Below, in pieces: positions 1 to 12,849 of a stretch of DNA of 64,000 bases; position 1 is the first letter of the stretch; every line of letters begins with the position of its first letter. The DNA is from Takakia lepidozioides. Taxonomy: Eukaryota > Plantae > Bryophyta. The notes beneath the pieces were generated by a model that saw only the letters and a program-made list of their open reading frames with translations, did no database searches and was not told the DNA's origin. The translations under genes were made by a program, and so were the position numbers. Location: assembly GCA_030704615.1 (NCBI GenBank), contig CM060732.1:68634001-68698000 (forward strand). The letters run 5' to 3'.

Positions 1-526
1 CTTAGCGGGACTTAGTGGGGGTGGCATAGGACTCACCATGGGAGCGGAGACCTCGTGGTGGGAGTCGTGGGGAGTCTTGGGACTCATCGCGGTCCATAGG
101 GGCCTTGGTGAGCGGGCCAAGACTCACCGCGACTCATCACCGGGAGTCGAGGGTTTTCGTGGTGGTTCGCCATAAAATGGCATGGCTGGTTGTGAAACCC
201 CCGCGGACACCTACAGAAGTATATATAGGGAGTAGTAACCCCGAGAACGGTGCAAGCCCGTTGGTGACCAAAAACTAGTGAGTAAACGAACGAGCCGGAA
301 AGCGACCAAAGAGTGGGGAGCTGTTCCGGACTGCCATCTACCAAAGGGAATTCTCCTAGTCCCAAATAGGTGGAGGGTTTAGTGGGAAGCGAAGGGGGAC
401 CGTTATGTCCCGGTGAGCAGCCGAAGCTCCAAGTTGGCCCGGGCGGCCAGGTTGGGAGTCAGGCGCGCGCATCAAAGCGAGTAACTATGACTTGAAGGGG
501 AGCTTACCGAAGTGAGGTGCGCGACA
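1..526 (+). mobile_element. Partial LTR (3' or solo) of the same gypsy family as 43161-50136, in opposite orientation
   Basis: The reverse complement closely matches the LTR at 43161-43886, with scattered substitutions. It ends ...GCGACA at 526 and is not followed by a PBS. Confidence 0.9.
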
Positions 527-859
527 AGCTGAGTAGGTAGAGATTGAAACATGCCTACTAAGACCAAGCTGACTCTCCCAAGAACGGCGAGCTTGCTTCT
601 CCTCGTCTTGTCTCCTCCTCCTCTTCTCCTTCCTGCATCATTTGCTCAACACCTCCATCCCAGGCCCCTGCATATCCTGCTATCATCGCGTTCCATCCCT
701 CGGCTAAGTGGTGTGGTGCAGGAGACAAAACACCAAGTCCCAGCCCTCCTCTCTGTTCACGATTACCCTAATGGACAACCTTATTAGCAACTTTTTAACC
801 TTTTTAAACCTAATGGGCAACCTTATTAGCATTATATGTGCCTTCAAAATGACACATGT

Positions 860-1162
860 AGTGATGTAGTCATATAAATAGAGTTGTGAAACCATCTTCA
901 ATCATGGAGTCATAAGATTCCATGAAACGTTGTCCACGTGTAGTCAAACAAAACACTAGTAATATAAACCATCCCTGTCATCATGGTCAACAATGTTTGA
1001 CCAATGCTCCCTAACTTTCCAGAGTCATGTAGTGATATCCATTACTACAGAGTCATAAAACTATGACTGCAACGCATTTCAACACTCTGTAGTCGTCTGC
1101 CTAGTGCAGTTTTTATGACTCCGCCAAAGCCGTAGTCCTAAAAACGCTCATCTCTTGTAGTG
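860..1162. mobile_element. CACTA (En/Spm) terminal fragment
   Basis: TCTCTTGTAGTG ending at 1162 reads CACTACAAGAGA on the minus strand. Subterminal TGTAGTCAT/AGAGTCAT-like motifs lie upstream. The other end is not seen and the start is approximate. Confidence 0.6.
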
Positions 1163-1289
1163 CAAGACAAACACGTTACAGAAAAGATATTAGTACGGTG
1201 GAGCAAGGCTGCACACCAAGACAAACACACAGAAATCTTCCTAGTGATTTCTAACACTTAGTAAAGTGATTCCCAAGGTCTTCCCCCTA

Positions 1290-1306
1290 GCTTTGATACC
1301 ATGTTG
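1290..1306 (-). mobile_element. Remnant LTR end/PBS junction (tRNA-iMet type)
   Basis: The minus strand reads ...CAACA TGGTATCAAAGC. No coding region is attached. Confidence 0.4.
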
Positions 1307-3309
1307 AACTCACGAGTACTATTCCAGAGGATCCATTGGACCTGAATACAAAGAGAGCAAGAACTAACCTATTTAACTACATGACCATGGCCCAAAGTCA
1401 ACAACCATGAAGGCAAAGTAATCTAACTATGGGATAGAAACAGAACAGTTTCGGTGCAAGTTTTGGTGCATGCAGTCGGTGCCATAAAGCTCCGATACTT
1501 AAGGGAGGACTGATCTATCTGTATACTCTAGAATTAGCAAAGCCTATCTTTAACATAAAGCTAACATTATGTACTGCCATTGTTGAGTACAGGACCCTCT
1601 CTAGTGTTGATGTCATGTTGGCCGAATTTTAATTTGTTATGTGCCAGAGCTAAACCACACATTGCTTGTCCTTCAAGTATTTGAATGGGTTCCAAACTGT
1701 ATGGTGACATAGCGTGTTGTGAGTCTGACATTTTTAGTGGGAAAGGAGGTGCAGTCCAAAATCCTTCGCTCCCAAGACATCAAACTGAAAATGCATGTGA
1801 CGATGATTCCTGGATCAAGGAAGATGAGTACCGAGTGATACTGCAACCAAGACCCCCAATGAATGATCTGGAAGAGGGATAATTCTCTCACGCAAGTGCG
1901 ATGCACCAGCCACCAAGATTATCAACAAAAGTTATTCTTTTGCAACCATGCATTCAATTGCAATCTGCACTTATGTGAGACAGAGCTCTGGGCATAGCTG
2001 GTGCAAGAACCTGCCTTTCTTCATAAGCTCTTAATGGATTTGCCTCCATTTTAGCCCGATCACAGCTTTTGAGGCGTTCGATTGATTGAATGAGCACCAT
2101 GTACAACTTAAACTGTTTTGCAGGATTTATGTGGAATGCAAGAAGCTGAAGTTTTATGTCTTTAAAGGTTTTGTTGATGGTGGGAGATGGAATTTGCTGT
2201 AAATTTTGCCACAATATTCACTATTGCTATTGATTCACAACTGCTTCCAGATTTTTGGAACTACAGAAGAGTTTCAGAAATGCTTGGCAGCATACCTGCA
2301 CTAGGCCTTCACCCTTGGACAATCACTCAAACAATAGTTCTTATTCTTGGCTTTGGTTTTGTTTCTCTCATGTTTTCTTCCATTTTGTCCCGTAAGCTCT
2401 ATGAGCTTTCCGCGGACGTTATAAAGCACCATTTCATTTCATTTCACTTAAGAGTACATTGGTTCCTCAATTGTCAACCAGGATAAACTTATTCAAAGTT
2501 TCTTTCCTGGGAAGTGCATGTCGCTGGGCATCATGGTTATCTCAAATTTGATTATGAAAGAAAACCCTACAGATGGTTGAATGAAAGTGGGTCAATGACC
2601 TTAAAGTTTTTCTATTTCATACTGAACCTACAATGAAGCACCTAAAACTCCAGGCCTTCAAAGGCTTCCAAATGATGACCCATGTCTTAGTGCCCTCAAG
2701 AATGGAGACTTGATTGCACTTGCACTACCTACTAATCCTCCTATTCCACTAATGTGTCGGCGAGTACAATCTTTTCCAACTTTTCCTGCACTCTAGCTTT
2801 GCCAAGAATTTCCTCTAGTGAAGTATATTACAAAAACCTCCCATGGTTTTTGTACGGACTGAGGTTGTGGGCGAGTCTCTAGCCAACATCCAATGCGCTG
2901 ATGGCTGGAGATCAGCAGTATCAATAGTCCCCTGCATCTTGTCAGCAATCTTAGTAACGGCTCGGAGTTGAGAAGATTCAAGGTGGTAGACTGATCCCAA
3001 AACTTGATGAGTTTTTGCAAAAAGATTCATAGAGAGAGGAAGCTAGTTGTACCACGCAGTTGTCAACAATGAAGGGCACTATGATGTTGACGATGATGAA
3101 GGTATCTATGCTGCAAGTTTCTTGACTGGGTAAGTTGGTTTTAGAATATATGAGATCACTGTTTGCATTTGGATGTTATTTTACCTTCAATAAGCCTAAG
3201 TGGTTACAAACTCTTATGATTTGTTTCTGCTGCCACAACATCAATTTCACCCACTTCTCTTTATCAGTGACATACAACATCAAATTCCAGATACAGATTG
3301 TTGTTTAGC

Positions 3310-3500
3310 TCACCAGTAATACCCACAAGAACAGACCCCATCTTGGAAGTGGTGAAAATGGTTGGCATCGCGCCCAACAATCTTTGAGAGAAACTTGGTG
3401 ACTGTGATATGGCAGTCACGACACACCCGAAGATTCTTGACCACATGGAGAGGTGAACCAGGGGTATTGATGAGCCCAAAGGCAATGGCCACACTATCAC
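3310..3500 (-). pseudogene. DYW deaminase domain remnant of a PLS-PPR RNA-editing factor
   Basis: [27 protein letters not shown]...[20 protein letters not shown]. The HSE motif is degraded (PSD) and there is no intact upstream frame. Confidence 0.85.
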
Positions 3501-4399
3501 TGGGTTTGTGTGCCAATTTCAGCAATGAAGGTCTTTTTTGGCTAGCTGACCCATAAGGTATTGGCATGTCTGTATATCCTTTTGATTGGCTTCTCACCAG
3601 CTTCAAGCGGGATTCAATACCTTAACTTAGGGTTCATGAAGACAAGAAAATGTCAGGTTTGGAGCCTCGCACAGGGATTTACCAAGTTCAGCATTGAACT
3701 CTATCTTTTGATTGGGTGTATTGAGAAGGTTCTTTCTTCCTCTTCCCTTTGGCTGCCTGTCTCTTTTGCAAGAAAATAATCAGGGTGTGCCATCTTCATG
3801 GCTGGCCAATCTCACTTCTCCTATTTTGTTGCACAGTAATGAGATGGTAGCTCAAAACCAGTTCGATTTCTCGTAGTCACGAAAACCTCGCAAGTAATTC
3901 TCCATTTCCTCTCCATTTCCTCACGGGTGTTATCCCATTGAAGTGCCCCAATGACCTCATCAGGAGTGAGCCTTGTTTCCTGCTCCCGATCAACATGTAC
4001 CATCAGAAAGCTACAGATAAAGCATGGCAGATAATGTTAAGAAATCACTAGGTGCAACACTATTGTCAGCACAAGAACAAGGATATTACCCCATGAAACC
4101 CAACCTAAATTGGAGTACTTGAAGCAGCAAATTTCTGAGGACCTCTGCTTTGCTAGGTACAGCCCAGCAAAGAAAAGGTTGCCCTCGGACTTTGTCAGTT
4201 GCCTGGGCGCTAGAGATCCCAAAGACCCATCTGAAAACTGCAACAACGCAGCGGATAAGTGGTATCTCACAACATGAATGATGCGAAAAGTGGTGCCATC
4301 ATCGCACACAATCAAAGTCTCTTGAGAGCGGTCCCTATACTTGCCTGTTTTCACCTTCACCTGTAATTGGACCAACTTGGACTGTCATGCTTCCCCTCT

Positions 4400-4610
4400 T
4401 CAGGATGTGTATGCTAAATAAAACCATAGTATCAGAGACATACACTTCATCCCGTGTGGTTGGACACTTGACGTGCATCCTTAACTCCCAGATGTTGTAT
4501 ACATGTTCACAAGGGTATTCTCTACATTAATATAAGATGCCAGTGCAGCCTCGGTTATGTTAGAATGGACAATTTTGCCTTTTTCCAGAGTCTTACACAT
4601 GCCACTAACA
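4400..4610 (-). pseudogene. PPR repeat fragment, paralogous to ~19800-19925
   Basis: Reads LEKGKIVHSNITEAALASYINVENTLVNMYT. The DNA is near-identical to 19820-19920. Confidence 0.7.
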
Positions 4611-4708
4611 ATACCGTAGATTCGACATCGATCTTACGGTATCTTTTCAAGAAATAGTATGTAGTTCACGAAAAAAAAAAAAAATTGGTTTTTGTTTTTG
4701 GTTTTTTC

Positions 4709-5765
4709 CAGTATTGGGAGGATACCCTTTTTCTGCCATTATACCCTGAGGGTAAAACCCAATAAGGGTATATGGATATACCCTACCCTAGAAATTCCAA
4801 AATACCCTTACCCTATCCTTGTCAGGGGTAATTAGTTTTGTTATACCCTTAATGGATTATACCCTGGGGTTTGAAATTTCGAAGGATACCCTTACCCTGA
4901 GGGTAAATCTGTTCAATGGCCGGGTAATAGGGAAGGGTATAATAATTTGATTACTAGGGGTTTAGGTTTAGGTGTGGTATTTGCTAGTAGAGAGGGCAAA
5001 CACTAGCATTTTTTTTTTAAATTTTTCCCCCTTCGTTGGTTTCCTCTTCGCAGCTTGTGCTCCAAGACCAGTCCTTGCCACTCTCTCCTTGGAAAAAGCG
5101 TGTGCTACTGGCGGTCCCCCCCAATGCCGCTCTCTCTTTCCTCGGTACCCGCCATTCTCTTATCTATGGTGCAAAGCGACCTCATTATGATCAAATGTGT
5201 TGTTTTGTTATTATATTTTAGGGCCATTAGAGGAGCATAAATGAGGGCTAAAATTTTGCTATTTGTAAGCCACATAAAAAATAAACAAAAATATAAATAA
5301 AAGGCATATCCCATTAAATTCTATATAACGGGGATGTTACATAGTTGAAATGCTTGGTCTTGGTTAGGCCCTCTGGCAAACCCCCCCCCCCACCCAGGTT
5401 TTGGTTCTTACTTAACTCCTGCTTTCCCCCCCAACTCCCTACTAGTGCTGGGTGTTCCCCATGTGATACGCCTTTACGGTCCCTTAGGAGATTATTTTTT
5501 CCTCCTCTCTGTTCTCATTTTGCCACTCCAATAAAGTTTTTGTAGGGCCTCTGTCCCTTTTATCAAAAAAAAAACTTTAGTTTCACAAATTGAATTTAAA
5601 AATAATAATTTATCCTTTATAATTACCCTGGGATATCCTGAGGATATAAAAATGGTACCATTATCCTGCAATTACCCTTACCCTCATGGTATATGTGGCA
5701 CCCAATACCCTTACCCTAAGGATAAATGTTTACCAAAAATTTATATATACCCTTACTCGGGCCTC
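4709..5765. repeat. Non-autonomous element rich in TACCCT/AGGGTA motifs (4720-4950 and 5620-5760), interrupted by an unrelated insert with an A-tail
   Basis: Many TACCCT(TACCCT) copies in both orientations. The internal segment ends GGGCCTCTGTCCCTTTTATC(A)n at ~5575, a tail also seen near 15525-15562 (-) and 61710-61740 (-). Confidence 0.45.
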
Positions 5766-6310
5766 TCATTTTAATATAATAGGGTCTTCGATGGGCACGT
5801 GCGATGTGGCTGGTGGGCCCCGCGCACGGACGCCCGGCTCCCCAGCACCCCGCCCGCCGCTGCGCGCGGTCGCCCAGCCGCGGGCGCGGCTGCAGCAACC
5901 GCGCCCGCGCCCCCGTCTGCCGTGCGGCCAGTCCCCCGCCCATGAGTCCCCCGCCCTCCAGTCTGTCAGTCCGCTGCTAGCCAGTCGGCTGCCTAGCGGT
6001 CTGCCAGTCCGCCAGTCCGCCAGTCCGCTGCTGACCAGTCTGCTGCCCAGCAGTCTGCCAGTCCGCCAGTCCGCTGGCCAGTCCCCTGCCATCCAGTCCG
6101 ATGACGGCGCAGGATCGCCACCGTCCATTCCCATAACCCATCCGAGCCCTCCATTTTTAGGGCTGCAATTCAAACCTGCATCCCTGCCGCCTGCCACTTG
6201 CCAGCAGCCGCGAACGTGCGCACTGTTCTCCTGGCACGTTGTCGATCGTGTCTTGTACTGCGGCGCGTTTCTTGCATGTTCAGAAGCGTGTCCTTTGTAC
6301 TGTATAGGGC

Positions 6311-9300
6311 ATGGACATGGAAGCAAAACCTGATGATATACTGATCACGGAAAGCCCGCTTATACGGCCTCTTCGACAATGTTTGCAAACAGCAAAACCA
6401 GGACCCTTCAACAGGAAGGATCTCCATTGGAAGAGTGAGACGCAATATGGGTTTATGGGTGTGCGAGTGAATGTTGAAAATGCCTGCATACCTTGGGATA
6501 GAGTTGGTGACTTCGTCCTGGGAGAGGAGAGTTTGGAGGACTACCCCACTCAATTTTGGGTGAATGTCCATTCTAAAGTGGAACCCGGCTCACGAAAAGC
6601 ACCCAGAGCCAACACATTTCTGTCCAGTATTATGTGTGCACCATCCTCAGTCCTTTTAACGTTTCATTGCATGTCTGTTGCCATTTTTTGTTTCACGAGT
6701 TCTCTGATTTTATGCTTCCTCAAGTCGTTGGATATCGATTTTAGAATTTTCTGTCCAGGTATCAATGTTGCTACGGTCCTGATGACAAGCGCACCAACAA
6801 GGCAATAGTGGAGGATCCAAAACAGAAGCGTGGAGGACCTCTTGTTGGTGCTGGAACATCTTGCCCTCATAAAGGCCCAAGGAGAAAGAAGTCGGAGTAT
6901 GGAGAGTCTTACAAACGTGGTTGCCAATGCTGTTTCAAGGTCCAGCAATGCTATCTCGCCCCTAACATCTGTGTCCTCACGTACTACAACAACATGGAGC
7001 ATACAGATGCGCAAGGGAAACCCTCGCATGGGAAGTCCGCAGAGTTCAGGAACACCCGCCACGCCTATGCACCACACATTAGCGAGGAATTGAAAGCCTG
7101 GGTCGTCGAGTGTTTGTGCCAAGGCCTGTCGGTCGCCCAAATCATGATGGAGCATAAAGAACACGTGATGAACAACACCGGCTTGGGCGATGCATGGACC
7201 CGCGATGATTTCTTGTTGGAGCAAGATGTTCGCAACCTTGCCGAGAAACGTGCGTGGCAAACCTTCAAAAAGCACGCCGATGATGCAGATAGTGTGCGCA
7301 TGTGGAGAGACCAGAATCCTGCGTCCGTTTTTTTCTATCAAGAGGAGAAACTAGAGCCAACATTTGAGCATTTTGATGGAGATTTGACATTCACTATTGG
7401 CATACAGACTCCGTGGCAGAAACGACGAATGCTGGAACTAGGACATGACCGTATCGTTGCATGTGATGCAACCTATGGGACAAATCATGACAAGGTACTA
7501 TTCGAACGATTCCATGGACTTGTACGAGCATGATAACATAGTACCATGCAACATTCACATAATATTTGGTGTGCTGACCCTTTCTGTATGTTTAGGGTTG
7601 TGTACGTTGCGGAAGACCGAGAGGCAGACCCATTGTGAACCGCTACAGACCTCATCACTCTTTATGAAGTCTTCTCGTGCAGAACTGAGCGAAATTTGCA
7701 TGCTCTGACCATCTTACATTGTGCATTCCAACAGTTCCCATTGTACACGTTGATGGTCTTCGACGAGTGGTTGAACGGTATACCAGTTGCCTATATCCTA
7801 TCCGCGAGGAATCGGACAAGAGACCTGGTTCCGTGGATGAGAGCCTTGCGCGATTCACTCCTTGTAGATTTGCCGAGCTGGCGACCCAATGCCTTCATTG
7901 TGGATGATGCCGAAGCAGAAATCAACGCTATTCGGTAAGTCTGTTGGTCCACAGCACCGGTCCATTGTCGAAGTCCACTGCAGCAGTCCATTGCTACAGT
8001 CCACTGGCAGACTCCTGTGGCGAAACCCGATGGCAGTTCGCTGGGCAAATCCACTGGTAGTCCGCTGTCAAGTCTGGTCATCAGTCCCCTGGCAAGTCCG
8101 CTGGTAGTCCCCGGCAAGTCAGCTCGGCAGTCCGCTGCCAAGTCCGCTGCCAAGTCCACTCAGCAGTCCCTGGGGTCGGCCGTCCGCTGCCAAGTCCACT
8201 CGGCAGTCCCTGGGGCAGTCCCCTGCCCCAGTCCTAGCTAGGGGAAGTCCACTGGGTAGTCCAATGGGGTTATTCCAGCACATCAACGTCATGGCATTGT
8301 ATTGTCCACTGGGCGAGTCCAGTGGCTCTGCCCGCTGATACAGGTCGCTGTTACAGTCCACTCCGGCTGTCCACCATTGCAGTCCGATCCCAAGACTCTA
8401 ATGTGTACCATGTGTGTTGTGCAGAATTGTTTTTTAAGGAGTACTTATTTTCCTCTGCCTTTGGCATGTCTGCAAGGCATGGGTGAAGCAATCATGCAAG
8501 AAAACAAAGGATCCGGTGACCGCTGTAAACTTGTTGAAGGATATGGGAGACCTCATGTACTGTAGAGGGGGACCACGCAACGAGAAAAGAGCGCTTCGGT
8601 GGGTTGCAAGGAGAATCCGTCGTATGAGGTCAAAATACCCGAAAAGACATGAATTTCTTGACTATATCAAACAGTACTGGAAGCCCAAAATAGCAATGTG
8701 GTGTACAACAGCCCGCAATGTCCCTCATGCGAGCCAAGACACAAACGCAAGCATTGAGACATACCATAGAAATCTGAAGGCAAGACTTGCCATGGGGAAA
8801 TGCAAGATGAGTGGTCGTAGAGTGGACTAGCTTATATGGGAACTCACTGGCCGTGTGCTAACACACTACTGATACGCAATCCATTTGAAGACCCACGGGT
8901 TCATAAGAAATGACAAACACGAAAAGTACATATCCAGTTCTATACTTGCGGCACAAGACATTCCTGCTGAGAATATTACTCTTCACTTGGGTCCTGGTGA
9001 ACCAGCCTACGTTCTCAGCAGCAACCACCCCGGCACAACATACATTGTTTACAATCCTGATTGCGATTGGGGTTGTTGCACGTGCCCATGGGCAATGAAA
9101 GGAAACTTATGCAAGCATCATGTCCGTGTCCTGAAGATGCTTCACCCTGACCTGCAGGATGGCCTCCTTGTGCGCGCTTGTGGCACGACGCTGGGAACCA
9201 TTCATGGAGGATTACCTAACTTGCTCTTGGGCAATGGTGCCGGCGGCATCGACGAATCCAATCAGTTCATGGAAAGACATCCTCCGGACGACTTCCCCTA

Positions 9301-9679
9301 CGACGAGGCACTTTTGCAGGTCTTAGCCTCATTGGAACAAGAATTCGCGGATATACTTCGCATTGTAGGTGATGACAAATACCTGGAGGCACATGCCCGA
9401 TCTGCTCTTCATATGTGTAGAGGGCAACTCGTTGATATCCTGGCGAAAAGTGCGGCTGGAATGTTGCACCCTGCGGCAGCGAAGGCTTTCCGTCCTCTGA
9501 ACGACAACAACAACATGTCTCTGAAAAGGAGACGAGATTTCGTGGAGGCCTTGAAAACCCGGCCTAGGGTTTTGCGGAGAACCAGCAAGAGGGTGTCTGC
9601 ACCTGCACCTGCAACACATATATACTCAAAAATTTGCAAGGTTTCAGGTCGTGTAGATGTCACAAAGAAGACAATATAA
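6311..9679 (+). pseudogene. MULE-type DDE transposase with SWIM finger, 4 exons (6311-6633, 6759-7494, 7735-7934, 8425-9679)
   Basis: GT-AG junctions join in frame. Motifs: YQCCYGPDD, KRGCQCCF, IGIQTPWQ, DATYGTN, FIVDDAEAEINAIR, CLWHV, TNASIETYH and SWIM CTCPWAMKGNLCKH. In-frame stops near 8435, 8830 and 8872. Confidence 0.9.
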
Positions 9680-9887
9680 GTCTGCAATGCCTCGAAAACA
9701 GACAAGGTTTCACGTCGTGTAGGTGTCACGGAAAAGACAATATAAGTCTGCAATTCCTCGAAAAGAAACAAGGTTTCATGTCGTGTAGGTGTCACGAAGA
9801 AGACAATATAAGTCTGCAATTCCTCGAAAAGAGACAAGGTGATATGTCGTGTAGGTGTCACGAAGAAGACAATATAAGTCTGCAATT
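9637..9887 (+). repeat. 66-bp tandem repeat, ~3.8 copies
   Basis: CAAGGT recurs at 9637, 9703, 9769 and 9835. Confidence 0.95.
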
Positions 9888-10489
9888 TCTTCTGGTAGCA
9901 TTGTCCATTTCTGAAATACAAGTCCGCAATGGACTAATGCACAGTCTCCCAACGGACTCCTCCAGTCTCCCAACTGACTCCCACACAGTCTCCCAAGCAT
10001 AGTCTCCCAACGGACTCACGCACAGTCTCCCAACAGAGTCACAGTCAACAGACTACGAGCGCCAGTAAGCCAGTCTGCTGGTCAGTCTGATGCCCACTCC
10101 AAAAGTCTGCTCACCACACTTCCACCTCATCCCTGCAAACTTATGCCAATCCAGCGTCCCAGCGGACTCATGGACATGGTGCCTCCCAGACTAGGTACCA
10201 GACCCAGCAGTCCTAGCCTCGGTAGCGTACTGCTCGCACATTCAAGCTCAGCAGACTCGGGTGCACAGTGCATGGGAAAATTGACACCATTGTGTCCATT
10301 GAGTTTAGTGACAACATTACAAAACATGCCAGCACCCACAGTACACAAAAATGCTCATCACCACTAGAATAGTACGCGAAAAGACTCGCATTTTTTATTT
10401 CGGTACATAGACTTCACATGACAAGTACATCATACTCATGAGAGTAGTTTCTCTACATTGTCCAACCCCCGCACGATATACTGGGCACA

Positions 10490-12253
10490 CTACATTCGCT
10501 GCCCAAGTGCAAACTTGAAAGTAAACCAGTCCTTCGTGAAAGGTGTTCCTCTCTCTGGCTTTGCAGTCTTGGAGACATTTGCTCTGACTTTTACCCACTC
10601 ATAAAACACTTGAATGAATGACATGACGTAAAAGCCACACTCCCAGCTGAATGGTTGTTGGGGCACATCAGGCGCGTGGAACTGAAATGCTTGGATAATC
10701 TCATGCCACTCAAGTGAGTCCATCGAGTACCCTAAGCACTGCGCATGAAGCTTCCGAATCCATCCTAGAACAAAGGGACATTTATGCAAGTCCCTGATAG
10801 AGTTCAGGTGAGTGTAACAGCCCTTGTGGAGGTCGACGATACAAACACTCCAGTGCCCCCTGCAATGGTATCAAACAACATGGCGTCATTGCACAATCAT
10901 GATGGGCAGACTCAGCAGACTGACACTCAGCAGACCGACCACTCAGCAGACTCAGCTATCAGCAGACTCAATCTTCAAACCCAGTCCACTGCACAAATAC
11001 AGAGGTCAACTTAATCGCTCAGAGTCAAGACGACACTGCAAAACGAGACTATGACTCAGGAGACAGTCTCAGCAGACTCAGAAGAGTTCTTACTCGTCCC
11101 CAATTGGCACCAAAATGAAATCGCACTCTTTCAAGTCCTTGCCCAGTCGTTCAGTGCTGAGGCAACCTTTCAAGACCTCCAGAAGGCTTTCATGTTGCCC
11201 CACCCCCAATGACTTCAACACCGTCCACGTCGACGTTGGAAGAACATCAATAGTGTTGATGAACGCAGCCTCAACCGACTTCTCATAGAATCAACACCAC
11301 AGCTCCAGGAGTCTATCTGTGCACTCCGACTCAACCTTCTGGACCGCCTTTATATCATCCGGCGACAGTCCGCATTCAAACCGTGGGTCCCCTTCAAAAA
11401 ACATCAGCATGGAATTACCTGCCTTCACGTGCAGAGCATGTGCTTTGCCAAACCGAGCACCCATCCTGCACAGAGCAGACCATCCTTCGGGAAGCCTCAT
11501 GTACTGAACAAACTGACGTCAACATGGTACCAAACACTCTACAGGCTGAACAATTCATCAAACTGACAAGACTAACCACAACAGACAATGATGAAACAAG
11601 CAGCAGACTGACCAGCGTGCAGACTGACCACAACAGAGCGCAAAGCACTTAACGACAAAGACAGACGAGGAGACTGAGCACAGTACTCACCTGTGCTGCT
11701 CCAGGAAACGACCCACATCTTTGTCCATGTCCAAGGCCAGCTTGCGGTTCTTGTTCATAAAGACGCCAGACTTTTTCTTCGCCGGTCTCTTGGTACTGGG
11801 ACCCTCCTCGACCTCCTCAGCATGGTCCACGACAGTCCGCTTCTTGGCTTTGCCTCTCCCCTGGGAAGCAGGGACAGCTGTAGGCGGGCTAAATAGAGCA
11901 GATAAACGCAGCGCTGCCGCCCTACTTGTCAGTCCTTCCCTCTGTGAAGTGTGCAGTGTGCTGGTCAGGCCGTACAATCTGAACCGTGCAGTCAGAGCTG
12001 AGCTGTGCAGTCTGCCGCTCCGAGCCATCCTGGTCAGTCCTTCCATCTGTGACTTGTGCAGTCTGCTGGTTAGTCTGCGGTTCAGTCTGCTCATCAATGA
12101 AGACAGTATGCTACCCTGCCACACGTTGCTCGGCAGTCCTTCCATGTGTCCACTGTTCATTGTGCTGGTCAGTCTGGTGGACAGCCGGCTGGGTGTTTGG
12201 ATCTCCATGGACTTGGGAAACATCAAGAATACGTATGGAAGACCCACCGGCAA
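10490..12253 (-). pseudogene. Ulp1-like (C48) SUMO-protease gene, multi-exon; intactness uncertain
   Basis: An exon ending ECDFILVPIGD (~11095) splices to GHWSVCIVDLHKGCYTHLNS (~10860-10800) and PQQPFSWECGFYVM. His and Cys motifs are present, with Asn at the usual Asp position. Confidence 0.75.
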
Positions 12254-12849
12254 TTGCTTCCTCAGACTTTTCTGTAAGATCTATGATACGGTTTTGCGTT
12301 CCCAGATTGAGTTCGGTCATCACGTAGGACTCATCTATGGCTTTCGCCACTGAGCGCACGAAAACTGAACTAACCTGGAAGGTTATAGAAGGCAAGCCAC
12401 GGGGAGCTGGATAAGAATGCTTTACCGGTGACCTGATGACGTCGTCAGTGAATGTGCCTGGGGGAAAAGTGGACTCGGTCAAAACACTCATACTAGCAGA
12501 TCCAAAAACATGTTGTTGGGAACTCAGTAGAAATTCGTCCACAGGGTCCCGGTGAGGCCAATGTATCCGTTCTGTTGCACAATCCAGGGAACAGACTGGC
12601 TGTTAGTCTCCTGGATAGTCTGCTCGGCCATCTGCTGAGTAGGTTTGCCAGTGTGCTGCATAGTCTGCTGAGGGGCAATCTGCTGGCTGGATTTGTCGGT
12701 CTGCTGCACGGTCTGCTGTACAGTTTGCTGAGGGGCAGTCTGGTGGCCATGTTCGCTGGTCTACTGCACAGTCGGCTGAGGGGCAGTCTGTTGGCCGGTC
12801 TGTTCTCCGGTCTGCTGCAAAGTCTGCAAAGTTCGCTGCCCGCTCAGTA

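Noticed and set aside
1685-1882. Possible terminal exon of a host gene
   Set aside because: Short, with no recognisable domain and no upstream exons that can be supported.
5686-6333. Overlapping 215-aa and 186-aa ORFs
   Set aside because: GC-rich CAGTC-repeat sequence upstream of the transposase, with no domain signal.
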